Assembly: GCA_020052615.1 (NCBI GenBank)
Contig: JAGVOT010000038.1
Location: 43,028-107,027 of the forward strand
From: Nitrospirota bacterium
GTDB lineage: Bacteria > Nitrospirota > UBA9217
DNA: 64,000 bases
Reading direction: 5' to 3'
The position numbers and the translations under genes were made by a program. Each line of letters opens with the position of its first letter. Position 1 is the first letter of the stretch. The notes beneath the pieces were generated by a model, which saw nothing but the letters and a program-made list of their open reading frames with translations, had not been told where the DNA came from and made no database searches. Below are positions 8,471-18,519 of this stretch, piece after piece.

Positions 8471-8800
8471 TCAGGCGAAACTTCGGGGCGGCTTCAGGAT
8501 TTCCACGGGAAATAGTTCATGGAGACCGATCCGATATACCGTTTCAGAACAGTCGCAAAGTTCGAGCTGAAAAGCAGGCTTCTCGTCCGCGATGGTGAAG
8601 GCAAACAAGGGGAAACGATCCGGTTTGGCGTCGTCAAGAGGCTCCTTCTTTCCCCCGGGCGAAAGCGGGCAATGCTTCATCCCGCAGTGTCCATACGCCC
8701 GAACAATGCCTGTCTTCCCCGCTGCGCCGAACGGGCAGGTATTCTGAATCACCAGCGAAAGGACAAGAGAGTAAACGATCAATAGCAGTGTACGCCTCAT
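8471..8800 (-). CDS. hypothetical small exported Cys-containing protein
   Basis: ORF with a hydrophobic N-terminus (MRRTLLLIVYSLVLSLVI) and several Cys residues. I recognise no family. Confidence 0.3.
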   Translation of the reverse strand: MRRTLLLIVYSLVLSLVIQNTCPFGAAGKTGIVRAYGHCGMKHCPLSPGGKKEPLDDAKPDRFPLFAFTIADEKPAFQLELCDCSETVYRIGLHELFPVEILKPPRSFA

Positions 8801-8892
8801 TACGCTGACTATACGGGCAGCAGAAACCGGCGTCAACGTAATATTCTAATTTGAGAGGAAAGCTGTAGGGTGTCAGGTGCACGCTAGCCCGA

Positions 8893-10224
8893 TCAGAAGT
8901 AATACCGCGCCCTCAACTCCACGCGATAATCGTACGGCTTCTCGCCGAATTCGCTCAGCCAGTCTCCGGCCAGGAGGGTCCCCTTGAGCCGCAATTCAAG
9001 GTTCGTGATCCCGGTATAGGAGATTTCCGGCGATAGCGAATAACTTCCGTCCTCAGCGTTCATGATCGCTGTCAGCGCGGGCGTCCAATAGAGAATGCCG
9101 AAGGGATCCTTCTGGCTAATGCGCACATACAGATATTCCCGCCCGGCATTCGACCTGCTGTAGCTCTTCTCGGTCACGGTAGCCGCTTTCCGCAGGAGTG
9201 CATCGTTTCCCGTCGTGAGGTAGGAGTCATACGAGTTGTGTATGAAGGTGAAGTAATCCCCTATTTCCTGTTCGGTGAAGCCTGTCCCGTTACGGTAATA
9301 TTCGAGGATATACGTCGTGTCCTTTTCGGTGAGATACCGGAGCCCCAGAAGCCAGCTCGAAGCGTCATAAACGGTCTGATGCGTACTTCCGTCGGCGGTG
9401 ATGTAGCTCCGCATAAAATCATCGATGCGGGCGTATTCTCCGTGGACCTCGATGTTCGTCGTGATGTTCCGCGAGAGGTCCATTCCATATCGTGATTGTT
9501 TGCTGGCGCCCGTGAGGAACAGGAAGTCGATATCCGTATCGTAAAGCAGGAGGTAGACCTTTCCGGCGGTATTCAGATGGTCCGCCGCTCCAAATTCGTC
9601 GTTCATATGATCCGAGACCGGTATGAGCACGGGCGTTACGGAAAGCGTCTTGAGCGGGCCGTTGAAGCTCTTGATGTAATCAGCAGAGGCCACGACGAAC
9701 CCTTCAAGGTTCAGGTCAGGCTCGTCCGGATTCTTGGGACGGTCCACGAAGGCGACAGGATTCCAGGCATAGCCTTTGCCCCACTTGAGCGCCTTCTTGC
9801 CCGCGTCGATCGTAATCGCCGGAGCGGGTTTCACGGACAGGAAGGCATCGTACACTGTAGTCTTTGAGGTTGTGCCGAGATAGGAATTCTGGTAAGCCGT
9901 GTTTGTTCTCACGAAGAGCTTTGTTATGTCTTTTTCGATACCACCTTCAAGCTGAAGCGCCGCGTTGTATTCCGGCAGAGTATGACCTTCCTCCCGGCCA
10001 TAGAAACGGAGCTGATACAGAGCAGCATCCTTGTCGAGACCATACAGCACAGGCCTGAGTTCCGCGTAGCCGCCGAAGTGGTAAGGCTTCTTCTCCACCT
10101 CTGAGAGGTCGAATGCATATTCTTCCGCATGGAGGACGCTTGACAGGAACACCACCGCAAGAACGGCAAGCGGCAGTGATGGTAAACAATGGTATTTCGG
10201 CCTGATGTCCATATTGAATGCCAT
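8893..10224 (-). CDS. outer-membrane beta-barrel protein (unknown family)
   Basis: 443 aa with a signal peptide. Alternating aromatic/polar strands run throughout, and the C-terminus ..ELRARYYF ends in Phe as in OMPs. Confidence 0.5.
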   Translation of the reverse strand: MAFNMDIRPKYHCLPSLPLAVLAVVFLSSVLHAEEYAFDLSEVEKKPYHFGGYAELRPVLYGLDKDAALYQLRFYGREEGHTLPEYNAALQLEGGIEKDITKLFVRTNTAYQNSYLGTTSKTTVYDAFLSVKPAPAITIDAGKKALKWGKGYAWNPVAFVDRPKNPDEPDLNLEGFVVASADYIKSFNGPLKTLSVTPVLIPVSDHMNDEFGAADHLNTAGKVYLLLYDTDIDFLFLTGASKQSRYGMDLSRNITTNIEVHGEYARIDDFMRSYITADGSTHQTVYDASSWLLGLRYLTEKDTTYILEYYRNGTGFTEQEIGDYFTFIHNSYDSYLTTGNDALLRKAATVTEKSYSRSNAGREYLYVRISQKDPFGILYWTPALTAIMNAEDGSYSLSPEISYTGITNLELRLKGTLLAGDWLSEFGEKPYDYRVELRARYYF

Positions 10225-10239
10225 AGCTTTCTTCGTGTC

Positions 10240-11399
10240 TTACAGCACGATTATTGACAGGACCGCGCCGAGCAGCACTACATAAAGGACATTAACCTTC
10301 TTCACTAACGCGAGCATGGCCGCGAGTCCCAACAGAACCCGCACCAGGTCCCAGGGAACATTGAGGACAAATTTCACCGCCACAAAGAGCAGCAGGCCGA
10401 CAAACGTTGCGAGTATCCCTTTTGTCGCTTTGGTGAAATACGGTGATCTCTTGAGCTTGTCGAACAAGGGCGCGACCGATATCAGGATCAGGAAAGAAGG
10501 CGTAAAGATCGCCACAGTCGCAACTACTGCTCCGGCTAAACCATACGCCAGATATCCCACAAAGGTTGCCGTGATGATAATAGGGCCGGGGGTAACCTGA
10601 CCGAGGGCTATTCCATCCATAAACGTGCGGTGGTCCAGCCATCCTCTCACATTCACAATTTCGTGAAGCATCAGTGGGAGCGATGCAAATCCGCCTCCAA
10701 AAGCAAACAGGTCTATTCTGAGCATCATCATTGCCAGATTGAAAAGATCCCTACGCGCAACATACAGAGCTGCAAGCCCCGCAACCGTGACCACAACAAG
10801 CAGAACTATTCTCTTGACCGCAAATCCAGTCTTTTCCGGACGAAGAATTGACAGGCTTTCGTGTTCGGCATCTTTAAAGAGCACGACTCCTGTCAGGGCC
10901 GCGATTATGACTATAATAAATGGGCTTGCTCCTGACCAGAAGAGCGCTGCTGACAAGGCGGCAAGGAGTGCTTCCCGGTAGCTCGTTACCGCGCTTTTAC
11001 CGAAAATGTAGAGGGCGTTGACAATAATTGCAACCACAATCACCTGAAGACCGTTGAACAGGGACATGATCTGCGCAATGCTCCTTGCCCGTTCATAAAA
11101 CACCGCAAGAATCAGCATCAGGGCAAAAGCGGCAATCCGAAACCGACATAGGATAGCAGCGCTCCCCCTGTCCCTCGTACGCACAGCCCCACGTATGCCG
11201 CTATCTGCATGGCCGTTGCGCCGGGTATAGACTGGGCCAGGATTACGCCTTCCTTGTATGTTTTTTCATCCACCCATTGGTTGCGTTTCACGGACAGATC
11301 CCGTACATGGACGACCATTGCTGGTCCGCCGAATGCGGTCAGTCCAAGTTTCAGGAAAGAGAAAAACAGTGCTGTCTTTGATGGCGGGTCCTTCGACAT
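10240..11399 (-). pseudogene. chrA: chromate transporter ChrA, split by a 1-nt frameshift
   Basis: The N-terminal 93 aa (FLKLGLTAFGGPAMVVHV...GFGLP) and the remaining 314-aa CHR-domain body are in different frames. They overlap at 11118-11184. Adding one base near 11129-11135 would restore ..GFGLPAFALMLIL.. Confidence 0.7.
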
Positions 11400-11417
11400 T
11401 CGGTCCGTATTCTCATC

Positions 11418-12146
11418 CTATCTCAAAGATTCAAGATTCGGCATGAAGGTCAGGGTGAAGACTTCATCCTTGAAGTTCCGTGCCTTGATCTTTGCCAAGA
11501 TCATGATCGACTTGTAATTCTTGTAAAGCGGGCTGTCCGTCTCGATGACCGCTGGCCGGATAAGCCCATTGCCGAAATCCTTCACGTCCTTGAAGTAGAG
11601 GGTCTTGATCAACATACCCGCCTCGGTCAGGCATTCGATCTTCGTCGGGAGTGTTCGCTCCCTCTCTGCCCGGAGACGTATCCGGTCGTAGGCCACGGTC
11701 TTTGTCTTTGCCTTGAGATGGAGGAGGTATTCGCTCCCCTGCTCCTCGACCTTCTCGACATTGTATTCCGCAGCATAATCGAGTTGCAGAATGTCGGCAT
11801 TGTTGAACACCCCGCCGACCACGGACTGAAGGCTCGTGATCCTGATGGGCTTGCCCACGTTCGGTATGTAGAGCCACATATTATCCCCGAGCCGCAGGGT
11901 GCTCCTGCCCTTTTCACTGGCAGGCGCGATAAAGAGCGATGCAACCTTATCAACGCCTTTTTTGACGGTAAAGAGCGTGAACTCTTTCTTCCGTCCGTCA
12001 GGCTCGATGTTGATGAGCTTCCGGTACGACTCGTAGGACTCCGGGTTCAGGTTCCGGTCCAACTGATTCAGCAGCTCCGTGCCGTCTAGTGCAAAAACGG
12101 GCGCAGCGAACAGCAGTATGACGAGAAATGCGACAATATGTTTCAT
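11418..12146 (-). CDS. LolA-like outer-membrane lipoprotein-sorting family protein
   Basis: Signal peptide MKHIVAFLVILLFAAPVFA. The blocks FTLFTVKKGVDKVASLFIAPASEKGRSTLRLGDNMWLYIP are typical of the LolA_like family found with FtsX/MMPL genes. AGGAGG lies 6 nt upstream of ATG 12146. Confidence 0.65.
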   Translation of the reverse strand: MKHIVAFLVILLFAAPVFALDGTELLNQLDRNLNPESYESYRKLINIEPDGRKKEFTLFTVKKGVDKVASLFIAPASEKGRSTLRLGDNMWLYIPNVGKPIRITSLQSVVGGVFNNADILQLDYAAEYNVEKVEEQGSEYLLHLKAKTKTVAYDRIRLRAERERTLPTKIECLTEAGMLIKTLYFKDVKDFGNGLIRPAVIETDSPLYKNYKSIMILAKIKARNFKDEVFTLTFMPNLESLR

Positions 12147-12156
12147 GGACAACCTC

Positions 12157-13395
12157 CTAGACATGCCTGAGCGCTTTTATCGGCTCCATCCTCGACGCCT
12201 TGAACGCGGGCTGGAGGCTTGCAACCACCGAGACGATGATCACCGTAACGGATATGGTCAGAAGATCCGCCGGGGTTATGGTCGCCGACAGATGCAGTCC
12301 CTTCTGCTGTCCGAAATCAAAGGTTATCCTGGAAAGATTGAGAATATAAACGATCGCGATTCCCACGATGTCACCGACGACCGCGCCCACAATACCAAGG
12401 CAAAAACCTTCGATCACGAACAGGGAGAGGATCTTTCCGGGCAGTGTCCCGATGGCGGCAATGGTGCCGATCTCCCGTATACGCTCATAGACCGCCATGA
12501 TCATGACATTCATGATGCTGATCAGGACAATGGCGATGAGCATAAGCTTGATGAAAAAGGTCATCATGTCGATCATCCGGGCGATATTGTAAAAGGGCGT
12601 AAGCTGCTCCCAGGAATGCACCTCGAAGAGCGGTTTTCCCTGCTTGTTCAATTCACCGGACAGCAGGCTTTCAATTTTTTTTGAAAAGCGATGAAGCTTG
12701 CTGAAATCCTTCATCCTGATCGCCACCTCGCTCACCTCCGGTTCTTCCATCCGGAGAAGCTCCACGGCGTCCTCAATGTGGATGTACCCGTCCCGTCCCC
12801 CTGGACCGGTTACGCCCTCGACCACACCGGAGACCCGGAACTGCCTGCCGTTGACCGAGCCGTCCTTGTTGGTCGCGACCACGACCACGGTGTCACCGAC
12901 CTTCACCCCCATGCCTTTCGCCAGAAGGGTAGGAACGAGGATCTCCCCCCTACTGAGTGTTTTTTCACCTTCAACGATCCGGGAGGGCAAGAGCGGCACG
13001 GTTGAAAATTCCCGTTCAGGATAGACCGCGACCAGCCTGATATTCGTCGTTTCAACAAAATTGCTGAACATGCCGCCGAATTTTATTCTTGGTGAGTACG
13101 CCGCTATCTCCGATTGCTGGTCGAGTACGCTTTTTAATCGGTCGGCGGCCCCGGCCTTCAGGTTCAGGTTCAGCGGAAGGTTGTCGATGGACGCCACATA
13201 GCCCTTGCGGTGGACCTGCAGATGGCCGAGCATGGAATCGGTGATCTGCCCGATCATCATGTTCTTAAAGGAGCCGGATACCGCGAGGAAGACCAGCACG
13301 AATACGATGCCGATGGTGATGAGCGAGGCAGTGAGCAATGTCCTTCTTTTGTACCGCAGAAGGTTCCTGACGGCTATTTTAAAGAGATTACCCAT
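12157..13395 (-). CDS. ABC transporter permease, FtsX/MacB type
   Basis: [22 protein letters not shown], then a TM, a large periplasmic domain and a C-terminal 3-TM FtsX domain. Confidence 0.85.
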   Translation of the reverse strand: MGNLFKIAVRNLLRYKRRTLLTASLITIGIVFVLVFLAVSGSFKNMMIGQITDSMLGHLQVHRKGYVASIDNLPLNLNLKAGAADRLKSVLDQQSEIAAYSPRIKFGGMFSNFVETTNIRLVAVYPEREFSTVPLLPSRIVEGEKTLSRGEILVPTLLAKGMGVKVGDTVVVVATNKDGSVNGRQFRVSGVVEGVTGPGGRDGYIHIEDAVELLRMEEPEVSEVAIRMKDFSKLHRFSKKIESLLSGELNKQGKPLFEVHSWEQLTPFYNIARMIDMMTFFIKLMLIAIVLISIMNVMIMAVYERIREIGTIAAIGTLPGKILSLFVIEGFCLGIVGAVVGDIVGIAIVYILNLSRITFDFGQQKGLHLSATITPADLLTISVTVIIVSVVASLQPAFKASRMEPIKALRHV

Positions 13396-14092
13396 TGTTC
13401 TTCCCTCCCTTTGCCTGTCTGTCCTTCAGCTCGCCGTCCTCAAGGGAGTAGATGATCTCGGCCTCTCCCACGATCTTCTGGTCATGGGTCGAGAAGATGA
13501 ACGTCGTCCTGAACTCGTCCCGCATCTTTTTCATCAGATCGATCACCATATATGCTGTTGTATGGTCCAGGTTGGCCGTGGGTTCGTCGGCAAGAACGAG
13601 CTTCGGGTTCGTGACCAGCGCCCGCGCCACCGCCACGCGCTGCTTCTGGCCGCCTGATATCTGGTCAGGATATTTGTCCTTCTGCTCGATCATTCCCACA
13701 GCCTGCAAAAGGGCGTTTACGCGCTTTTTTCTTTCTTCGGCAGGAGTGTTCCGGACCATCAGGAGAGGATATTCGATGTTCTCAAACACCGTGAGCACCG
13801 GCAGGAGATTGAAGTCCTGAAAGATAAAGCCGATGTTGGTTCCCCGGAATGCGGCGCTCTGTTTACGGTCGAGAACCGCTGTATCCGTGTCGGCCACGGT
13901 GAGCTTGCCTCCTGTGGGTCGATCGAGGCATCCGATCAGATTCAGCAGCGTCGTCTTGCCGCTGCCCGACGGCCCGACAAAGGAGACAAACGATGCCGGT
14001 TCGATCTCAAAACTGATTCCCTTGAGCGCCGCGATGCTGACCTCGCCTGCCTGATAATCCTTCCGCACATTTTCAGCAGTTATTAATGACAT
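13388..14092 (-). CDS. ABC transporter ATP-binding protein (MacB/LolD type)
   Basis: Walker [13 protein letters not shown], signature [15 protein letters not shown], Walker B LVLADEPT. Start set at ATG 14092, with GGGAGG 5 nt upstream. Confidence 0.9.
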   Translation of the reverse strand: MSLITAENVRKDYQAGEVSIAALKGISFEIEPASFVSFVGPSGSGKTTLLNLIGCLDRPTGGKLTVADTDTAVLDRKQSAAFRGTNIGFIFQDFNLLPVLTVFENIEYPLLMVRNTPAEERKKRVNALLQAVGMIEQKDKYPDQISGGQKQRVAVARALVTNPKLVLADEPTANLDHTTAYMVIDLMKKMRDEFRTTFIFSTHDQKIVGEAEIIYSLEDGELKDRQAKGGKNNG

Positions 14093-14144
14093 ACAGGCCT
14101 CCCTGTGCCGGAACATGATTCATGGGATCTATTATGACAGATAT

Positions 14145-15392
14145 TCATCGTCCTTGCATCTCCTGCGGCTTGATGTTCCTGAGCCGGAAAAAGAGCGCAT
14201 AGTTTATCGCCAGGAAGATGCCCAGAAAAGCCGCGCTCAGCTGCACGAGCGACAGCCAGTCGATATGTATCGGGATCTGCGCGGTGATGATCCGTTCAAT
14301 GCTGTTCTCCTGCGGCAGGAAATGAGGCTTTGCCGATATATCCCAGGGCAGTTCCATCGAGATGGTCCGGGTGCGCAGGAAGCCCAGTCCCGCCAGGGCC
14401 AGGAGATTGCCCGCAACCAGGGAAACGGCAAGCAGCACAAGGGTCTCCCCGATGAACTGCCTTTTCAGGTCGGCTAACTTCCAGCCGAGCATCCGCAGGA
14501 CCGATATCTCTTTTTCCCTTGTCTTGAGATTGAACATGATCAGGAGGCAGAACGCGACAAGAAGCGCCGTTCCGAGAACGAGAAACATGATCCTGCCGGA
14601 GGCGGATATAAGCTTCAGCTGATCCTGTATTTCCTTAGTGAAGGTCCGCTCGCTAAAGACCAGCAGCTCCTTGTTTATCGCCTTAATCGCTTTCTCCTTG
14701 TCACCCGTCCATGCGGGATCGGTCCTGAGGAGAACAACGTTGCTGATCCGGCCGTCTCCAAGCGCATAGAGCTTGTGCATTTCCGTCGATCTTCTCGCGC
14801 TCGTGGACGCTTCCAGGATGTTCATGTAAACGTCTGCGGGGATGATATTCCCGCTCATATTCGGCTTTAGAATTCCGCGGACCACGTACTCTTTTCCTAG
14901 GATGTCCAACGTTGAGCCGCTGGACAGATCGTTCTTTTTGGCGAAGTCGGCGGTGACCAGTACGCCGATGCCGGAAAGATCAAAACCGCCCTGCAGCATG
15001 TTGTTTTTCAGGATATCTGCGACGATGCGGGAACCGTGGTCCACGCCAAGGACAGCCGCGAATGCTTTTTTGTCAAACGCCCAGAAATAGAGCCCGCTGT
15101 CATGGCCTTCCACGAAGGGAAGGCCTGTTAGTGCGACGCGCTCGCCCTCACTGATGGGAGCATTTGAATGCGGGAAGATAAGCCCGACCATCTTCTCGGG
15201 GATCTTCCCCGTCTTCTGCACAATAGTCTGAACACCGATGCTTTTAAGGGGAACGGCGGCTATATCGGGGATGCTTCTGTCCAGCATGACAGAAACAGCG
15301 ATAAGGCTGAAATAGAGGCTGAGACTCAATAAAAGCAGCGCGACCTTGATCTTATTGTTCCGCACAAATGAGGTGAAATAACTTTTCATCAT
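14145..15392 (-). CDS. FtsX-like ABC permease
   Basis: N-terminal TM, large extracytoplasmic domain and a C-terminal FtsX-type segment (LRMLGWKLADLKRQFIGETLVLLAVSLVAGN). Confidence 0.7.
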   Translation of the reverse strand: MMKSYFTSFVRNNKIKVALLLLSLSLYFSLIAVSVMLDRSIPDIAAVPLKSIGVQTIVQKTGKIPEKMVGLIFPHSNAPISEGERVALTGLPFVEGHDSGLYFWAFDKKAFAAVLGVDHGSRIVADILKNNMLQGGFDLSGIGVLVTADFAKKNDLSSGSTLDILGKEYVVRGILKPNMSGNIIPADVYMNILEASTSARRSTEMHKLYALGDGRISNVVLLRTDPAWTGDKEKAIKAINKELLVFSERTFTKEIQDQLKLISASGRIMFLVLGTALLVAFCLLIMFNLKTREKEISVLRMLGWKLADLKRQFIGETLVLLAVSLVAGNLLALAGLGFLRTRTISMELPWDISAKPHFLPQENSIERIITAQIPIHIDWLSLVQLSAAFLGIFLAINYALFFRLRNIKPQEMQGR

Positions 15393-16459
15393 AGCTTGAA
15401 CCCCTGATCAAGAATGGGCGCGTTCCGCAGCATCGGCAAAAGGCCGTTGGAAAGGAGGACGGCCAGGATAAGCGCCAGAACGAGACCGGCGCCCGCGACA
15501 ACGGATATATCGAAGAGCAACCACGTGAAGATGTCCTTTTTCGGCCAGCCGAGAGTTCTCAAGACATCGGCCTGATAGCGGAAGTCCATCCGGTATATCT
15601 TCAGTATCCATACGATAAGCAGCAGTGATACGGGCAGGATGGTCAGCACAAAAGCGCTGCCGAAGCGGTAGAGGAATTGATTAAAGCTGGAGAGATTTTT
15701 CAGGAGGCTGTCCTTCGTAATAAGCGAATATCCGGGAAAGAGGCTCTCCACCTTCCGGCTGACAGCGGTCATGTCCGATGATGATTGCAGGGAAATATAC
15801 ACCTGGTTGACAACCGGCTCCTTCTGCCCTGACAGCTTCAATCCCGTTTCATAGGGCAGAAATATCGAGGCGGTGCTCAGGTTGCTCTGTTCCTTGAAAT
15901 CCACGATCCCCGCGATCGTATACTGCTGATCTGCAAGCTCGAACGCGCTGTTGACTTCATGTTTGTAAAGCCTGGCAAAATGGCGTTCAAGAATAACTTC
16001 CCGGGCGGCGTTCCCGGCGAAGAACCTTCCGCCAGGCATGAGAAATGACTCGATCTTCCGCAAGCCTACCTGCGGCTCGTCCGTGTTCAGGGCTATGATC
16101 GTCCTTGTATTGTTCAGGTCGAATTGCCAGAGCACCAGCGCCGATGAGTATTGCCTGACTTCTCCTATGTCCTTCAGTTTATCCCGCATCGTGTTCAGGG
16201 AAAATGCCTGAAGATTGAAAGGCGGAATTACCCCGGTGGTTCGTATCTCCTCCGCCTTGCCGCCGGTCCGGTCGTTCTGCAATATCAATTCCGTCTGCAG
16301 CGACTGCAACGGTCTTTCGGCAAGTTCCTTGATATGGCTTGTCATGACCACCGCAGCGATCGGGATGAACATCATCAGGCCCGTCAGAAATACCGTCAGC
16401 AGCACCTTTCTGATGTAAAATAGCTGGTTCCTGAGTATGATTCCGGCCACACCCATCAT
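15389..16459 (-). CDS. FtsX-like ABC permease
   Basis: Same architecture as 14145..15392. The C-terminal segment is VLRTLGWPKKDIFTWLLFDISVVAGAGLVLAL. It has 4-nt overlaps with both neighbours. Confidence 0.65.
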   Translation of the reverse strand: MMGVAGIILRNQLFYIRKVLLTVFLTGLMMFIPIAAVVMTSHIKELAERPLQSLQTELILQNDRTGGKAEEIRTTGVIPPFNLQAFSLNTMRDKLKDIGEVRQYSSALVLWQFDLNNTRTIIALNTDEPQVGLRKIESFLMPGGRFFAGNAAREVILERHFARLYKHEVNSAFELADQQYTIAGIVDFKEQSNLSTASIFLPYETGLKLSGQKEPVVNQVYISLQSSSDMTAVSRKVESLFPGYSLITKDSLLKNLSSFNQFLYRFGSAFVLTILPVSLLLIVWILKIYRMDFRYQADVLRTLGWPKKDIFTWLLFDISVVAGAGLVLALILAVLLSNGLLPMLRNAPILDQGFKL

Positions 16460-16872
16460 TTGCCCTTTTCAACCGCCGAGAGAACCCCGTCGAGGTCCCG
16501 ATAGCTCCAGTTGCCTTCGAACATGGGGACGAACGCATTCCCTTTCGGGAAGTTCTTGAACGTGACCTTCCTCTTCCCAAGAGTGAATTCGTTTTGCCCA
16601 TCTATGAATATGACAACCGGCATGTGTTCTCGCAGATTATATCTCGCGAGTAGTTTTTTGCTTCGCGGGTCTTCGAAGCTGTATTTCGCGACTTTGAATT
16701 GATCGTGTTTTTTCACTACCGCTTCAACATCCTTCACCACTGCTTCGGCCGGAGGATGGGGCAGGTAGAATATCTCCACAACCCCGGATGCCGCCATAGC
16801 AGGAACAGGACTGATAACGGCAGAGACTATAAAGACGGCAGCAATGATCGCTTTCCCCGTTCTTATGTACAT
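16456..16872 (-). CDS. hypothetical periplasmic protein
   Basis: 138 aa with a signal peptide (..VISPVPAMAAS). It overlaps both neighbouring genes, so it belongs to the ABC operon. I recognise no family. Confidence 0.4.
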   Translation of the reverse strand: MYIRTGKAIIAAVFIVSAVISPVPAMAASGVVEIFYLPHPPAEAVVKDVEAVVKKHDQFKVAKYSFEDPRSKKLLARYNLREHMPVVIFIDGQNEFTLGKRKVTFKNFPKGNAFVPMFEGNWSYRDLDGVLSAVEKGK

Positions 16873-17522
16873 AGCAGCATCCCCTCCTGAAGGCTGTATA
16901 TCTTTTGCGTTCTTTGTGCGATATCCTTGTCGTGGGTAACAATAATGAATGCGGTGGACAGGTGTTGATGCAGCCGGTCGAAAAGGTCCAGGATGGTTCC
17001 GGCTGTCTTTTCATCCAGATTGCCGGTCGGCTCGTCAGCCAGGACAACCGTTGGCCCATTGACGAGGCTCCGCGCAATGGCGACCCGCTGCTTTTCACCG
17101 CCGCTCAGGTTGTCCACTTGTTCCTGCAGCTTGTCCTGGAGACCGACCTCCTCGGCAAGCGCGTGAATGCGCCTGGCTTTCTCCTGCTTTGAAACATCTC
17201 TTCGCGGATGGATGCCCAGCAACACATTGTCAAAGACTGAGAGCGATGGAATGAGCTTGAAATCCTGGAAAACGATCCCGATATGCTTCAGCCTGAACAC
17301 TGCCAGGCCTTCTTCGTCCAGAGAAGTAATGTCCTGGTCCTGGAAAATGATCTTTCCCCCGTCCGGCTTGATCAATCCGGCCATCACGCCGAGGAGTGTG
17401 CTCTTTCCGGCGCCGGATTTGCCCATGATGCTGATCATTTCCTTCTCGCCGACTGCAAGGCTTGCTCCCTTCAGGACCTGCTGGCCGTTGAACCGCTTGG
17501 TGATATTTTCGAGCTTGTACAT
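16863..17522 (-). CDS. ABC transporter ATP-binding protein
   Basis: Walker [13 protein letters not shown], signature [15 protein letters not shown], Walker B VVLADEPT. Start set at MYKLENI (ATG 17522). Confidence 0.9.
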   Translation of the reverse strand: MYKLENITKRFNGQQVLKGASLAVGEKEMISIMGKSGAGKSTLLGVMAGLIKPDGGKIIFQDQDITSLDEEGLAVFRLKHIGIVFQDFKLIPSLSVFDNVLLGIHPRRDVSKQEKARRIHALAEEVGLQDKLQEQVDNLSGGEKQRVAIARSLVNGPTVVLADEPTGNLDEKTAGTILDLFDRLHQHLSTAFIIVTHDKDIAQRTQKIYSLQEGMLLCT

Positions 17523-17572
17523 GTGGTGATTTTCTCCTCCGCTACCTGATACGAGCGGGACAACGCTCCAGG

Positions 17573-18061
17573 TTAAAATGCGCCATCCTTGGGCATGCAC
17601 GCAGCGCTGCCGCTCCTGGTCATGGCGCCCTCAATAAGATCGAAAAACTTTTGCTGCTGATTCTTCTCGAGTGCCCTTTTTATCTCCAGCATATGCAAGG
17701 CCACCATCTTCCGCATCGCCTCCTGATTGCTGCCGATGTCTCTGATAACGGCGTCGATGAAACGCTGATCAGTATTATCAGCGCGCAGGAGCGCGATCAG
17801 CTCTTTTCTTCGTTGCTCTATTTTTTTTCTGCGAGTATCGATCTCACCGTGGAAGTGTATGGCCTTGCTCTTCATCGCCGATAATTGTTCCGGCTTCAGG
17901 AACAACTCCTCGAACAGGAACTTGTCTTTTTCCATGACCCTGCCGAGGGGTGTTACCCACGAGCGGGACTGCTGATAATAGTGGTATCCGGCGGTCGTGA
18001 TAACCGCCAGGTTCAGGATCAGGGAAGCTGCCAGGGCGAATTTGAGAAGGCTATTTCTCAT
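17573..18061 (-). CDS. periplasmic Spy/CpxP/ZraP-like (heavy-metal sensor family) protein
   Basis: N-terminal TM/signal sequence, then an all-helical charged body with an LxxEQ-type motif (LKPEQLSAMK). It sits directly downstream of an anti-sigma gene. Confidence 0.5.
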   Translation of the reverse strand: MRNSLLKFALAASLILNLAVITTAGYHYYQQSRSWVTPLGRVMEKDKFLFEELFLKPEQLSAMKSKAIHFHGEIDTRRKKIEQRRKELIALLRADNTDQRFIDAVIRDIGSNQEAMRKMVALHMLEIKRALEKNQQQKFFDLIEGAMTRSGSAACMPKDGAF

Positions 18062-18503
18062 GCTTAACCTCCGTCATGGCAAGATAGGCGTTGCCCAGCG
18101 AGCCGGGTGGCGTTGCTTCGAATAAATCAAGAGATAGGGAAGATACGATGTTCATCGACTTTGATGCAGAGGAACTATTCGTCATAACCCTTCCCGCAAG
18201 AATGCCCACGGTGATAACAAGGGACAGGACAACAGCCTCCGCGAATCGGAGAGACAGCTGAATGAGCCACCGTGACCGCTTCTTATCCAAAGCTGATGAC
18301 CGCGCTATGACCCTCGTGGCGAAGCCGTAGGGGGCCTGATGACGCTCCACGTATGCAAACGCAGCTCGCAAGGACCGCATGTCCTTAAGGGCCGCTCCGC
18401 AACGAGCGCAGCCTTGCACATGGGATTCAAGTGCGGCCCTGTCTTTCCCGGAGAGCTCCTCATCGAGGTAGGCTGAGATAGGTATGCGCTTTGGACAGCA
18501 CAT
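18051..18503 (-). CDS. anti-sigma factor, zf-HC2 type
   Basis: N-terminal ..LDEELSGKDRAALESHVQGCARCGAAL is the HxxxCxxC motif, followed by a single TM. Confidence 0.75.
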   Translation of the reverse strand: MCCPKRIPISAYLDEELSGKDRAALESHVQGCARCGAALKDMRSLRAAFAYVERHQAPYGFATRVIARSSALDKKRSRWLIQLSLRFAEAVVLSLVITVGILAGRVMTNSSSASKSMNIVSSLSLDLFEATPPGSLGNAYLAMTEVKHEK

Positions 18504-18519
18504 TGCATCTCCTAGTATA

